Positions 26,739-38,730 of a DNA stretch of 64,000 nt are shown here, piece by piece. The DNA lies in assembly GCF_036365525.1 (NCBI RefSeq), contig NC_090393.1:54824488-54888487 (forward strand). The letters run 5' to 3'. This DNA is from Heterodontus francisci. Its lineage: Eukaryota. The notes beneath the pieces were generated by a model. The model had not been told where the DNA came from. It searched no databases and saw nothing but the letters and a program-made list of their open reading frames with translations. The first letter of the stretch is position 1; the number at the start of each line of letters is the position of its first letter. The position numbers and the translations under genes were made by a program.

Positions 26739-27535
26739 AAATAAAAACAGAAAGTGCTGGAAATACTTCACAGGTCCGGCAGCATCTGTGGAGAGAAAAA
26801 CAAAGTTAACGTTTCAGGTCGATGACCCTTCATCAGAGCTGGGAAAAGTTATAACGTTAATAGGTTTTAAGTAGGTCAAAATGGGGGAGGATGGAAAAGT
26901 AACAAAAGGAAAGATCTCTGATAGGGCGAAAGATTCAATGACAAAACAGTGGGTGGGGCAGAACCAAAGGGACTAAAAATGGGACAAGTAAAGAGACATA
27001 AGATGTGTCCAGATCAGGTGTGAAAGACAGAATAATGAACAGCTGCCGTTCGAAAGAAAAAGAACAGAAAACAAGATTAAGAACGAAACATGTAAAGAAA
27101 AGGAAACAAAACGAGGGGCAGGGATTGCAGTCTGAAATTGTTGAACTCAATGTTGAGTCCAGAAGGCGGTTAAGTGCCTAACAGAAAGATGAGGTGCTGT
27201 TTCTCGAGCTTGCATTGAGCTTTATTGGAACATTGCAGTGGGCCGAGGACAGAGCTGTCAACGTGAGAGCAAGGTGCAGAATTGAAATGGCAAGTCATCG
27301 GGAGCTCTGGGTCATACTGGAGAACTGAACGGAGGAGTTCCACAGAGAGGTCACCCAATCTGCGTTTGATCGCCCCAGTCTATAGCAGACCCTATTCTGA
27401 ACAGTGAATACCGTGTGCTAAATTGAGAGACGTGCACGTAAATCAATGTTTTACTTGGAAGGAGTGTTGGGGACTTGGAAAGTGAAGACAGCTGGTGAAA
27501 GAGCAGGTGTTGCATCTCCTGCCTTACATGGAAAG
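26739..27535 (-). mobile_element. Penelope-like fragment
   Basis: GDLSVELLRSVLQYDPELPMTCHFNS plus pLTR and hammerhead motif on the minus strand. Confidence 0.78.
26804..26840 (-). ncRNA. Minimal hammerhead ribozyme motif
   Basis: AGCT-CTGATGA-A-GGGTC atc GACCT-GAAACGTT-AACT; one stem I mismatch. Confidence 0.68.
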
Positions 27536-28929
27536 GTTTTACATAATATCCTCGTAAGGTATTGGCAATCGACTTGGCAACTTGTAATGATTCACTCCTC
27601 TTCAGTGGTGAGGGGAGAGAATAGCAGAAAGTATGCAGAAAGTAGCCAACTGCGGCACAGTACCAGAAAAAGATTTACTACCTCCTCCTTTCCTGCAACA
27701 TTTTCTAATGAAGAGGTGCTGCCAATGCCAAAGTAAAGGAGCGGGTAGTGGAGAAATTGGAGAGGTTAGAAAGAAGAGGTATATAAAGCTTGGCAGTGCT
27801 CAACTGAAAATGTCACCCGTGAAGGAAGAAAGGGTGAAAATTGCGAAACCTCTGGCCACAATCTTCCAATCCTCCTTAGATATGGAAATTTTGCAAAAGT
27901 TCACCCATGATCATCAAGTCTCTGTGCACTGATTGAATTGGTACTTTTTGCTCCCTTCTGTGCTGTTCAGCTAGACAATTAAAATTTTGCTTCTTTCAAT
28001 TTTTCAAAGACACATAATAATGAAGTCGTGTGTTAAAGTTAATTGTTACCAAATTTTAAACTATCTACACTATATTTTGGCTGCTACTTTTAAAATAGGA
28101 AGCAATAGAATTTCTCAATGATATTTCCTCCAACAAAGTTCAGAAGTGGGGATGTTCACTGATGATTGTACATTGTTCATTATAAGTCACGATTCCACAG
28201 ATACCGGAGTGTCTGTGCCCCCAGGCAGCAAAACCTTGACAGCATTCAGGCTTGATCTGACAAGTGGCAAATAACATTTGTGCCACTTGCCCAGGTGTGT
28301 ACAGCTCCAACTCAAGAAGTTCAACACTATCCAGGCAAAGCAGCCCACATGATTGGCACCCCATCCAGCACCTTAAACATTCACTCCCTCCACCACTGCT
28401 TCACATTGGCAGCCATGCATCCCACATGCAAGATGCACTGCAGCAACTCGCCAAGCCTCCTTCGGCAGCACCTTCCAAACCCATGACCTCCATCACCAAG
28501 AAGGACAAAGGCTGAAGACACATGAGAATGCCACCACTTGCAAGTTCCCTCCAAGCCACACACTCCAAGTCTTTCGTGGAACTTTATCGCAGTTCTTTCA
28601 CTGTTTCTGGGTCTAAAACCTGGAACTCCTTCGCTAACAGCACCGTGGGTGTACCCAGACCAGATGAATGCAGTGGGTCAAGAAGTCAGCTCACCACCAC
28701 CTGATCAATGGCAATTAGGGATATGCAACAAATGATGGCCGATGCTCACATCCCATGAAAGCATAAATAAAGAACAACAGTTCCCACTATAACATTGTTC
28801 AAGGGGATTCTGCCTTGCAGTTTCCAAATTTTGACGTCTGATAAACGGCTGCTTCATTTGATTCATTCAATCTTAGTCCTTCAATCCATTGACATTCTAA
28901 ACCTTATTCTTTCCTGTGACCACAAATAT

Positions 28930-29680
28930 CTCTCCCAGATTCATTATTACATTTACTAACGACATTTTGTATGATTATGACAAATGTAAACTAGCCCGAC
29001 TTGCCCTTCTCGACGTGTCTGCAGACCTTGACACAGTTGACCACGCCATCTTCCTCCAACACCTCTACTCTGCTGCCCAGCTGGTAGAGCTGCTCTCAGC
29101 TCGTTCCTTTCTTATCTATCTATTAGTTGCCAATTATAGTCACTTGCATTTGCTTCTCTTTCCACTCCTGCGCCAATACCTCTGGTGCCGCCACCACCAG
29201 CCCCCCCCCCCACCCCCCCCCCCCAAGGATTTACCCTTGTCCCCCTTCTATTTCTCATATACATGCATCCCCTTAGTGACATAACCCAAAAACAGTGTTA
29301 GTTTTCACATGTGCGTTGACAATACTCACCTTTACCTCACCAGCTCCTCACTTGACTGTTTCTAAATTGTCATACTCCACTGTTGGAAAAAAAACTGCTT
29401 GACTGATATCCAGTACTGTATGATCAGAAATTTCCTCCAATTAAACATTAGGAAGGCTGAAGCCATTATCCTCAGTTCTCACCACAAATTCTATTCCCCA
29501 GCTACTGACTCCACCCTTCTCGCCGCAACTGTCTGAGGCTGAATCTGACTTTCGCAGCCTCTGTGTCATATTTGACCACCAAGATGAGCTTCTGACTACA
29601 CAACCACGCCATCACCAAGACCGCCTATTTCCAACTGCATAATATCCTTGCTTGGCCCCTGTCTTAGTTCATCTGATTTA
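28930..29680 (+). mobile_element. L2-like LINE remnant
   Basis: LALLDVSADLDTVDHAIFLQHL. Related L2 3' pieces at about 5600-6100 and 36660-37250. Confidence 0.6.
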
Positions 29681-30175
29681 AAGTGAATTGATTGGAATCG
29701 AATGTTTGAGTTAAATATTGCCAAATATTGCCTGTCAGCATTGATTTCAACTTTTATCCCAAATTTTGATTTATTTGTTTTTACGTTTCGTTTAAATGTT
29801 CAGTTCCTGGAGTACTGTCTGCGATAGATTGCGTCAGAGCAGTACATTTAAACATAATTCTGTGTCTCCGTATTATTTTTAAGCTTTAGTATTTTCTGAC
29901 CCCATTATTTTGCAAAGATTGAATTTCATTTTAAGAATTTTCATCTGTTCCCTTTCATGTAGCAAAAGTAGAAATATTTCTCTGATTATATGTTCTCTAG
30001 AGCTGTGGGCCCCTATCATTGTACAACTTACACGAATGAGGTTCCCTTCTAATAAATTCCTCACAGCTTTGTAGAGTGGCACCGATTTTTAAAAGACTTA
30101 AAGAAAGTAAAATGTTGATTCTAACTTTTATGTTAAATAAGATTAAATTTTCTTTCATTGCTTTCCACTTTTCAG

Positions 30176-30503
30176 ACCCCCGAAGTCCCTCTGTGTCTGT
30201 ACTTCCACTTTCAGCGGATCAAATCGCAACAAAGAACACGGCGACCCTGGTGTGTTTTAGTGAGCGGTTTTAACTGTAGCTGTAGCTGTAGCGATTGAGT
30301 GGACTGTAGATGACAGTGTTAGAGGGAATGGTGTTGAGACCAGTCGGATCCAGCAGGAGACAGACAACACGTTCAGTATGAGCAGTTATCTGACTATGTC
30401 AGCCTCAGAGTGGAACTCACACGAGCTTTCCTCCTGTGTAGTTAAACACGACACTCAGGCAAACCCGCTTAAAACAAGCATTGCTAGGTCCAACTGTATG
30501 TGA
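30176..30503 (+). pseudogene. IGLC: Orphan Ig light chain C exon, frameshifted
   Basis: Acceptor ccacttttcag|AC CCC CGA. 328 nt versus 323 for the intact C: +1 T after the first Cys codon gives TAA at 30271-30273, and (TGTAGC)x3+G replaces 15 nt (+4). Downstream reads IEWTVDDSVRG...KTSIARSNCM*. No leader or V-J seen upstream on this strand. Confidence 0.95.
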
Positions 30504-33500
30504 TTCAAGAAGAGTTTCTTTAAAAATAAAATCCATAATCAGCTATTACATGTTTGATTTTAAATGGAGCATTTCAAATCACGATAATTGCGCAGTTTGT
30601 CAGTTGTATCCCGCTGTCTATATTTTACATTGTGGTACTCTGAAATCATCAAAGTTTCATTGTAATGTTACAAATATCGCAGAGTAATTGAACGTCTATT
30701 CCATTATTTCAGGCGTGGTTACTCTTTTCTGTCCGATATTCCTGAAGGTATTTATAGCAGCTTCCTAATTTTGACTAAATAGTGAGGTTTAATTCTCTAT
30801 AATATGTACCTACACCCCACATGGACTGCAGCGGTTCAAGAAGGCAGCTCACCACCACCTTCTCAAAGGCAATTAGGGATGGGCAATAAATGCTGGCCTC
30901 GCCAGCGTTGCCCACATTCCATAAATATATATTCTACACATTTTATATAAAGTCATTGGCATTAGTTGGAATGGAGAGATTACATATAGGATGGATGCCT
31001 TTAATTTTACATTTCATGTACGTTATCTTACAATACATTTTTGAAAATCGACCTAGCTGATTGTGTCCGTTCAGGGAAGGAGCTGACCGCTATGTCTATG
31101 TTTTTTGACAAGAATTCAAAACACATAGCGGAATTCCTTTCAAATTATCGGGTACACAAATTCAGGGCAAACCATATGACTGCCACCCCTTTGAATAACT
31201 CGGACCTAACGCGGTGCCGTTTCTATCTTTGCATGACTTTTTTTTTCAAAACTACCCAAATACTTTAATCATTATTCAATGATGGTTTTAGTGAAACAGC
31301 TGCTGTGTATAGCAAGTCAGTCATAACTACAAATTGTGTGGGGCCTTTGACTGGAACGAGCTCAGACCAGAGTATGTTTTTGTTTAAGCTTAGCTTCAAA
31401 CAAATCACAAACTCGGTACGGTATCCCTTTAGTACATCGTCTTCTTTGAAAGGATTTAGGACAATACATACCGTGCTAAAAGATAGCAACACAAGCTGTT
31501 CAGGCCATAAAAAATGCAATAAATTGCTGGCTAATTTCTAGTACGATAGCGTACAAAAGCAGGTTTTTGTGATATATATAAGGAGTTTTTTCAGTTTTGG
31601 TCTCCATACTAAAAAATGACAATAAAAGGACTGGAGAAGGTGTAGAAAACATTTGCAAGGTTGTTACTAAAATTGGGGTGATGTAATCGTCAAGAAAAAT
31701 GAACAGGTTGAACTCTTCTCCGGAAAAAAGAAGACTGGGGAGCTTTGAGAGAGGGCTTTAAAATTGAGAAACTGCGATGGACGTGGATAGTAAACTATTC
31801 CCACTGTGGGTGAGTCCAGAACAGCGAGGCATAAGTATAAGATAACCACCTACATAAGAAATAAATCGTTTATTTGAAGATATGGGTTTGTAATTGGGTG
31901 GGTGCCAGGAGAGGGAGAGTAGGGATTAAGGTTTCGTTCTCTGATTGGCTGGATGTGACAAGTGGATTTCCAAAGCTCCATGACCTCCGCTTTTCATCAC
32001 ATATATTAATAACTTGGATAAAGAGATAGAGCGTTGTATATACATGTTTGCAGATCGCACTCATATAGGAGGCCCTGCAAGTTGCGTGACTTTGCGATGG
32101 AAATCCCATAGATAGACTAAATACATGGGCAAAAATTATGGCGGATGTAGTTCAACGGTGGGGTGGGGTGGGGGACGGGTGGTGGATAGGGTACGCAGAC
32201 GCATGAACTCATCCACATTGAATCTGAGAATGACAAATCCGAATATTTTTATAATGCTAAGAGACTAGGAGCTGTGGATGAGCGAACGGATTTAGGTTTC
32301 CGCGTACGTAAATCACTAAATGCTAGTGTACAGACGCAAAACGTGATAAAAAAAAAGTTGAATGGATGTTGGTCTTTATCACAAAGAGATTGGAATTAAA
32401 ATGTGAGGGAGTAATGCTTTCCTGCACAGAGCCTTGATAGACCACATCTGGAGTTCCGCATTCAATTTTCGGCAGCAAAAGTCATGGAAAGTGCATTGGC
32501 CTTAGAAGGGGTATAGTGCATAATCATCAGGATGCTGTCATTTTTTAATATTCAATTATGAGGCCCGATTGTATCACCGTGATTTGTATTCCCTTGAGTT
32601 TTAAGCTGGAGGAGTGATCTAGTCGAAGTATTGAAAATAATTAACAAATGTTAGAATGGGTATAGAGAAGCTATTTCCACTTTGAAGAAATCCAGCGAAA
32701 GAGGAAGCAATCTTAAAATTAGAGTTAGGGAGTCCAATGGCGGTGATTCAAAGTAAATTCAAAGTCCAATTGAAAGAGACCTCCCTTCTCTGTCAAGTAG
32801 TGGCGCTATGGAGCAGACATAACGAAACTGCAGGGAGTCTCAACTATCTATGGAACGGAGCAAGGTAACATTGGCTAAAATAAACTCAACGTACAAATGG
32901 GAAAATAAACTAATCGTATTAATATAATTTGAAGTTTAAAAGGATAAAAATAATGAAAATTCTCCCCCTATTCTGCTATTCCCTGAGCAATTTAAAGTGG
33001 GGGGTTGCATTTTATAGTAAGGGATTCATGAGCCATGAGAAAACTGCCCTCTAGAAAAGATTCAAGTCACAATTCCAATATGCATTCATTTCAGCTGGAG
33101 AGACTCGGACGGGCTTCGCTGTTTGCCGCTATGTAAGGAATGAATCAGGATTTATCTTGACTTTCAAGTGTAATGAATAGTTTAGCCAGATTTGGATTGT
33201 CTTACAAGATGGCTCATTCAATACCAATGATTCATCGCAATATCAAAAGGCTGGACACCATAAGCATACATATCACTAACTAATTAATTTTCTCACACTA
33301 CGGTGGTTGCTATCGCATATTTCCCAATCAATGATTCCAATGATATAGCTGCTACGAAATCAATATTTAGCATTGCTCAACAGAATCTATATTAGTAAAA
33401 GCATAATATCCAGATTTATTTATTACAATAGCAGAGCTTATGCTGAGTTAAACAACATGGCAGAAAGTAATCGTTGTCAAAGATTACAGTGTTTATTTTG

Positions 33501-34579
33501 GAAAGTTAACTTTAATATCCATGCTTAAAATAACACTAGGAAGCTTTCAATATAAAGCGTGTTTTGGCCGATATTAACAGACAGACAACCTCGGTCGCAA
33601 GAAACTTTTTTATCTGCTTTATCAAAGATCTACATTCCTGCAGTGCAGGTTCCAGCTTTGGATTCATTTTTTGTGAGTCAACATCAGTTGCCTCCTTTTC
33701 TGGTACGTTACCTATGATCTCTAACCAGCATCGTGACGTACTTGTGCCAGTTATACGAAGCGTAGTCCCAGTTTCCATTAAACCCTCCAAACGCTCAATG
33801 AAACGAAGTTTGACCTGAAACAATGGGTTGGATCTTATTCTGGCGACGGGACTCCGGCGGCAGGTCAGAGAACGGGGGAGAACCCACCGAGGCCCTCCGT
33901 CGGAACCCGGTTGCTATTTATTGGCGGGCAGCCAATTAACTGCCCGCCGTCGGGAACGTGGTCTATTTAAGGTCAAAGACAAGAGCAGCCAACTGCAGAG
34001 ACCAGGGGTGTAGCTGTCCACCTCTGAGAGGGAGGAGAGAACCTCAGCGGGTGCACCGTCACATCATTCCCCCACACCCTCCACCAGCACAGTATCCTTT
34101 CAAGTGTAGATTCAGGGTCACAACCTGGTAAGCACACCACAAACATGCCCAAGCAGCTCATAGAGGTGGTAACAACTAAGGCCATTCACTCTCAAAGGAC
34201 TGTAGCAGGCCAGGGTGATACTAAGTTTCAGGTTGATGACATGACTCTGGAGTGAACAATAAGGAGTAGATGCTGGATCTGCCGCATGAGGTGCGGGAAC
34301 ATCTGGTGGAGTCTGCAGAGGCCACGCACACCCAAGTGCAGATGATGGAGGAGCCCACCCAGGCCGTTAGTGCCACCATGTTTCTTTGCTGTGCACACTT
34401 GGCTTCCTCCATAGAGAGAGTGCCAAAACTATTGGAGAGCCAGCAAACCACTCAGTGAATGCTGGAGATGTGTGCAGATTGGCAAGCCATTGCCAACTCC
34501 ATGAGCTCTATGGAGCATTGGCAAGGTGAGAGGGCGGTCCGTAAGAGCATTGATGGCCATATGCATGCAGTCACTAACA

Positions 34580-35960
34580 CTCTGCATCTGGGGGAATCCA
34601 GTGGTATCATAAATACAAAGTTAACTGAGTAACAGGAAACAGACAGTTGTGGTGAACGGTTCTTTTTCGGACTAGAGGCCGGTATACAGTGGGGTTCCCC
34701 TGGGGTCGGTACTAGGATCACTGCTTTTCTTGATCTAAATGAATGACCTAGACTTGAGTGTGCAGAACACAACTGCAAAATTTGCAGATAACACAAATCT
34801 TGGAAATATTGTGAACTGTGAGGAGGATGGTGATAGACTTCAAGAGAACATAGACATGCTGGTGCAATGGGTGGACATGTGACAGATGAAAGTTGATGTG
34901 AAGAAGTGTGAAGTGATGCATTTTGGTGGGTAAATGAGGGGAGGCAATACAAAATAAAGGCTACAATCCTAAAATAGATGCAGGATCAGGCAGACCTGGA
35001 GGTATATGTGCACAAATCATGGAAGGTTTCAGGGCAGGGAGAGAAAGTGGTTCATAAAAGCATACGGGATCCTGGGCTTTATAAATAGAGGCATAGATTA
35101 CAAAAGCAAGGAAGTTATGAAGAACCTTTATAAGACACTTGTTTGGCCCCAACTGGAGTATTGTGTCCAATTCTGGGCACCACACTTTAAGAAGGATGTG
35201 AAGGCATTCGAGAGGGTGCAAAAAGTATTTGTGAGAATGCCTCCTGGGATGTGGGATTTCAGTTACGTGGATAGATTGGAGCTGGACCTGTTCTTTTAAA
35301 TTCGTTCATGGGATGTGGGCGTCGCTGTCTAGGCCAGCATTTATTGCCCATCCCTAATTGCCCTTGAACTGAGTGGTCATTTCAGAGGGCATTTTAAGAG
35401 TCAACCACATTGCTGTGGGTCTGGAGTCACATGTAGGCCAGACCAGGTAAGGACGGCAGATTTCCTTACCTAAAGGACATTAGCGAACCAGATGGGTGTT
35501 TACAACAATCGACAATGGCTTCATGGTCACACTAGACTAACTTCTCTTCTTAGAGAAGTGAAGATTGACAGGAGATTTCATAGAGGTATTCAAAATCATG
35601 AGGGATCTGGACAGAATAGATAGAGAGAATCTGTTCCCATTGTGTTCCAATTGGCAGAAGGGTTGAGAACCAAAGGGCACTGATTCAAGGCGAATGGCTA
35701 AAGAACCAAAGGCAACATGAGGAAAAACGTTTTACACTACGTGTCATTTGCATTTGGAATGCACTGTCTGAGAATGTGCTGGAGGTAGATTCAATTGCAG
35801 CTTTCAAAACGGAATTGGATAATTATTTGAAGGGACAACATTTACAGGACAACAGGGAAAGAGTAGGGTAGTAGAAAAAGCTGAGTTGCTCTTGGAGGGA
35901 CCTTGCATGAATACGATGGGCCAAATGGGCTTCTCCAGTACTATAACTACTCTATGATTC
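34580..35960 (+). mobile_element. Old CR1 remnant with nested SINE
   Basis: LYKTLVWPQLEYCVQFWAP. Similar old CR1 pieces at about 11960-12200, 31900-32700, 37850-38669 continuing at 43373-43720, and 62860-63340. Confidence 0.7.
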
Positions 35961-38248
35961 TATAACGTCGCCAGCTTTCATCAGAACTGGCAAAAATTAC
36001 AGGTTTTAAGCAGGTACAGAGGCAGGGAAAAATGGAGGGGAGGAAAGAACAATAGGAAAGACCCGTGATTGGATGGAAGGCAGGATAGATTATATAACAG
36101 GGATGATGGTGTGATCAAAAGAGAGTGGACCAAGAAAAGAAACAAAACAAGGGTGTAAGGGAGCTGTAAATGACAACACAATCATTACTCGGACCTGCTG
36201 TCTGAAAAAATGGGAGCAGTGTTTTTTATGTGAAATTGTTGTACATAATTTTCTGTCTTTTAAGTTGCAGGGACAGGAGGGCATTTCCAAACATAGAAGT
36301 TAGACGAGAGTGGTTCAAATTAATGATAACTATAAATACTGTAGTCTGCCACAACTTTCTTGGTTACCTTCAGGAGTCAGAGACAAATCAGCCTGAGTTT
36401 TTCCCTAAATTTGCCTAACTTTTGCCCAGTTTTTTCTTTTTGCTTCTCTCAGTAGTTTGCTTGACAGATTGCAGATGGTGGTGATGGTGTTCGTGGGCTG
36501 CATCTTGTCTGGATCGGATGGGCATGCTGGACTTACACAGCTGCTTTTACAGTTGTTTTTATGACGAGAAAGAATAGAAGGAGACAATAAGAATGTAATT
36601 GTAACTAAATGAATTGATACCTCTGGGTGTTGGTATAGTTTGATTAATGCGAGAAAGAGCAACAAGAACACTTTATTACTTTATGTCGCCTTTAAGATCG
36701 TACAAAGTCACAAGGGACTTCTCAGGAGCATTATCAAAAAAAAATTGACAACGAGCCACAGAAGGAGGTGACCAAAAGCTTCATTAAAAAGGAATGTTTA
36801 AAGAGCATCTTAAAGGAGTAGAGAGAAGCAAAGCGGAGAGAGTTTCTGGAAGGGAATTTCAGAGCTGAGGGCTAAGGCAGCAGAAGGTATGGAAGCCAAT
36901 GATGGAAGACTTAAAATAGGGAAGACACAAGAGGCCAGAATTGGAAGTGTGCAGGCATCTCAGAGGTTTTAGCCTGAGAGGATTATAGAGATATGGAGGG
37001 GCTCGGCCTTGAAGGGATTTGGAACAAGGGGAACCATTTCAAAATCAAGGCATTGCCGGATCCGGACCCAATGTAGGTCAGTGAACGCAGGGTTAAAAGA
37101 TGAACAGGATGCATGCGAGTTAGACGGTGCAAGGTGAGAATGCGGAAAGGGGAGTATTAGAATAGTGCAGTGTAGAAGTAACAAAGGCATGCATGAGAGT
37201 TTCAGCAACAGATGAGCTGAGACTGGGGTGGAGACAAACAATAAATGCTGAGTTATTGGGAAAACAGGGCTGCTGTTGTGTGGTTTTCACAAGCTTTGTT
37301 GAAATGTGTTGTTTCTAATGGAGAAGGTTTGAAAGTGATTTTCACAGAGGAGTTCACCGCTGAGTTCACTTTTCTTCTCGGTATTTATAGAAAAACATGA
37401 ACACAAATAGAATTTAAACTTATATAGCAACTTTACTGTAGGAAACGACCCGAGGTGCTTCAGAAGAAGTGCACAGACTGCAATAGACATTGAGTCAAAG
37501 AAGGAGACATTAGGACAAGGACACAAACACTTAGTCAAAGAGGTACGTTAAAAGCAGCGTGTTAAAGTAGGAGAGAGAAGTGGAGCCGCAAAGAGTTTGG
37601 GGAGAGAATTCCAGGGCTTAGGATCTAGATGTGGTGAGATGAAGGAAGTGGGAGATGCACAACTGCCCAGAGTTGAAGAAGCGTGCATTGTCAGAGGGTT
37701 ATATAAATCGAGGAGATTGCAGCAATAGGGAAGAGAGAGGTTTCAACATCAGCATAAGAATTTTAATTTTGAGGCATTGGTGAATCAGCAGTTATGTTAG
37801 GTTGGTGAGCAGAAGAGTGATTTGACAAGCTTCTGCTTCAGAGATTGTTAACAAAAAGGAGAGCAAATTGAATTGGAAGCAACTTCTTCGATTCGATAAG
37901 GAAGTAGTTAGGAGATAGGAAACAGGGAATGTGAATAATGGGTCTGTACTGAAATTGGGAGAATGAGACCATTGTTGTCCCACAGGTATCTGTATGGGGT
38001 CTGCAACTTTTCACTATATGTATTAATGACTTGGATGAAGGAATACAGAGCTGTATATTTAAGTTTGCTGACCACACTATGTTTTGTGGTACAGTACACT
38101 GTACAGATGGAAGACAAGTGTTGCAAAGGGCCATTAATGGACGTGAGTAGGAAAAACTGTGGATGGTGGAGTTCAATGTGGGAAAGTTTGAGGTCATTAC
38201 TTCAATCTAAGAAAGATTGATCAGAATATTTTCTAAATGGGGTTCAGT

Positions 38249-38249
<1 letters not shown>

Positions 38250-38299
<50 letters not shown>
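38250..38299. repeat. (GT)n microsatellite
   Basis: Pure GT run. Confidence 0.95.
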
Positions 38300-38302
<3 letters not shown>

Positions 38303-38730
38303 GTGGTTGGGTTGGGGGGGGGGGCACTGTCGTTGGTGATGGCGAGCTACGAACTGTGCATGGGTAGAATGATTTAGGCGTCCAAGTGCAGAAACCCTGA
38401 AAAGCTGGTGCGTGGGTACAAAAATAATTGTAATGGCTAATGAAATGTTGGCCTTTATCTCAAAAGAATTGGAATCCAGATAGTTAGTCGTCATGACACA
38501 GCTGTACAAAGCTCTGGTTCTATCCAATATGGAGTACTGTGTTCCATTCTGGCCACTGCACTTTAGGAAGGATATAATGAACTTGAATGTGGTGCTGCGA
38601 AGATTCACCATAATGATATCATGGTTTAGATGTTACATAATGAGGACAGGCTGCATAGCCTACACTTGTTCTTTCTTTTTCTTTTGGGCCTCCTTATCTC
38701 GAGAGACAATGGATACGCGCCTGGAGGTGG

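Noticed and set aside
33536-33823. Possible exon (acceptor tttcag|GTCAAA, open frame, donor-like GTAACG)
   Set aside because: No recognisable protein similarity and no partner exons.
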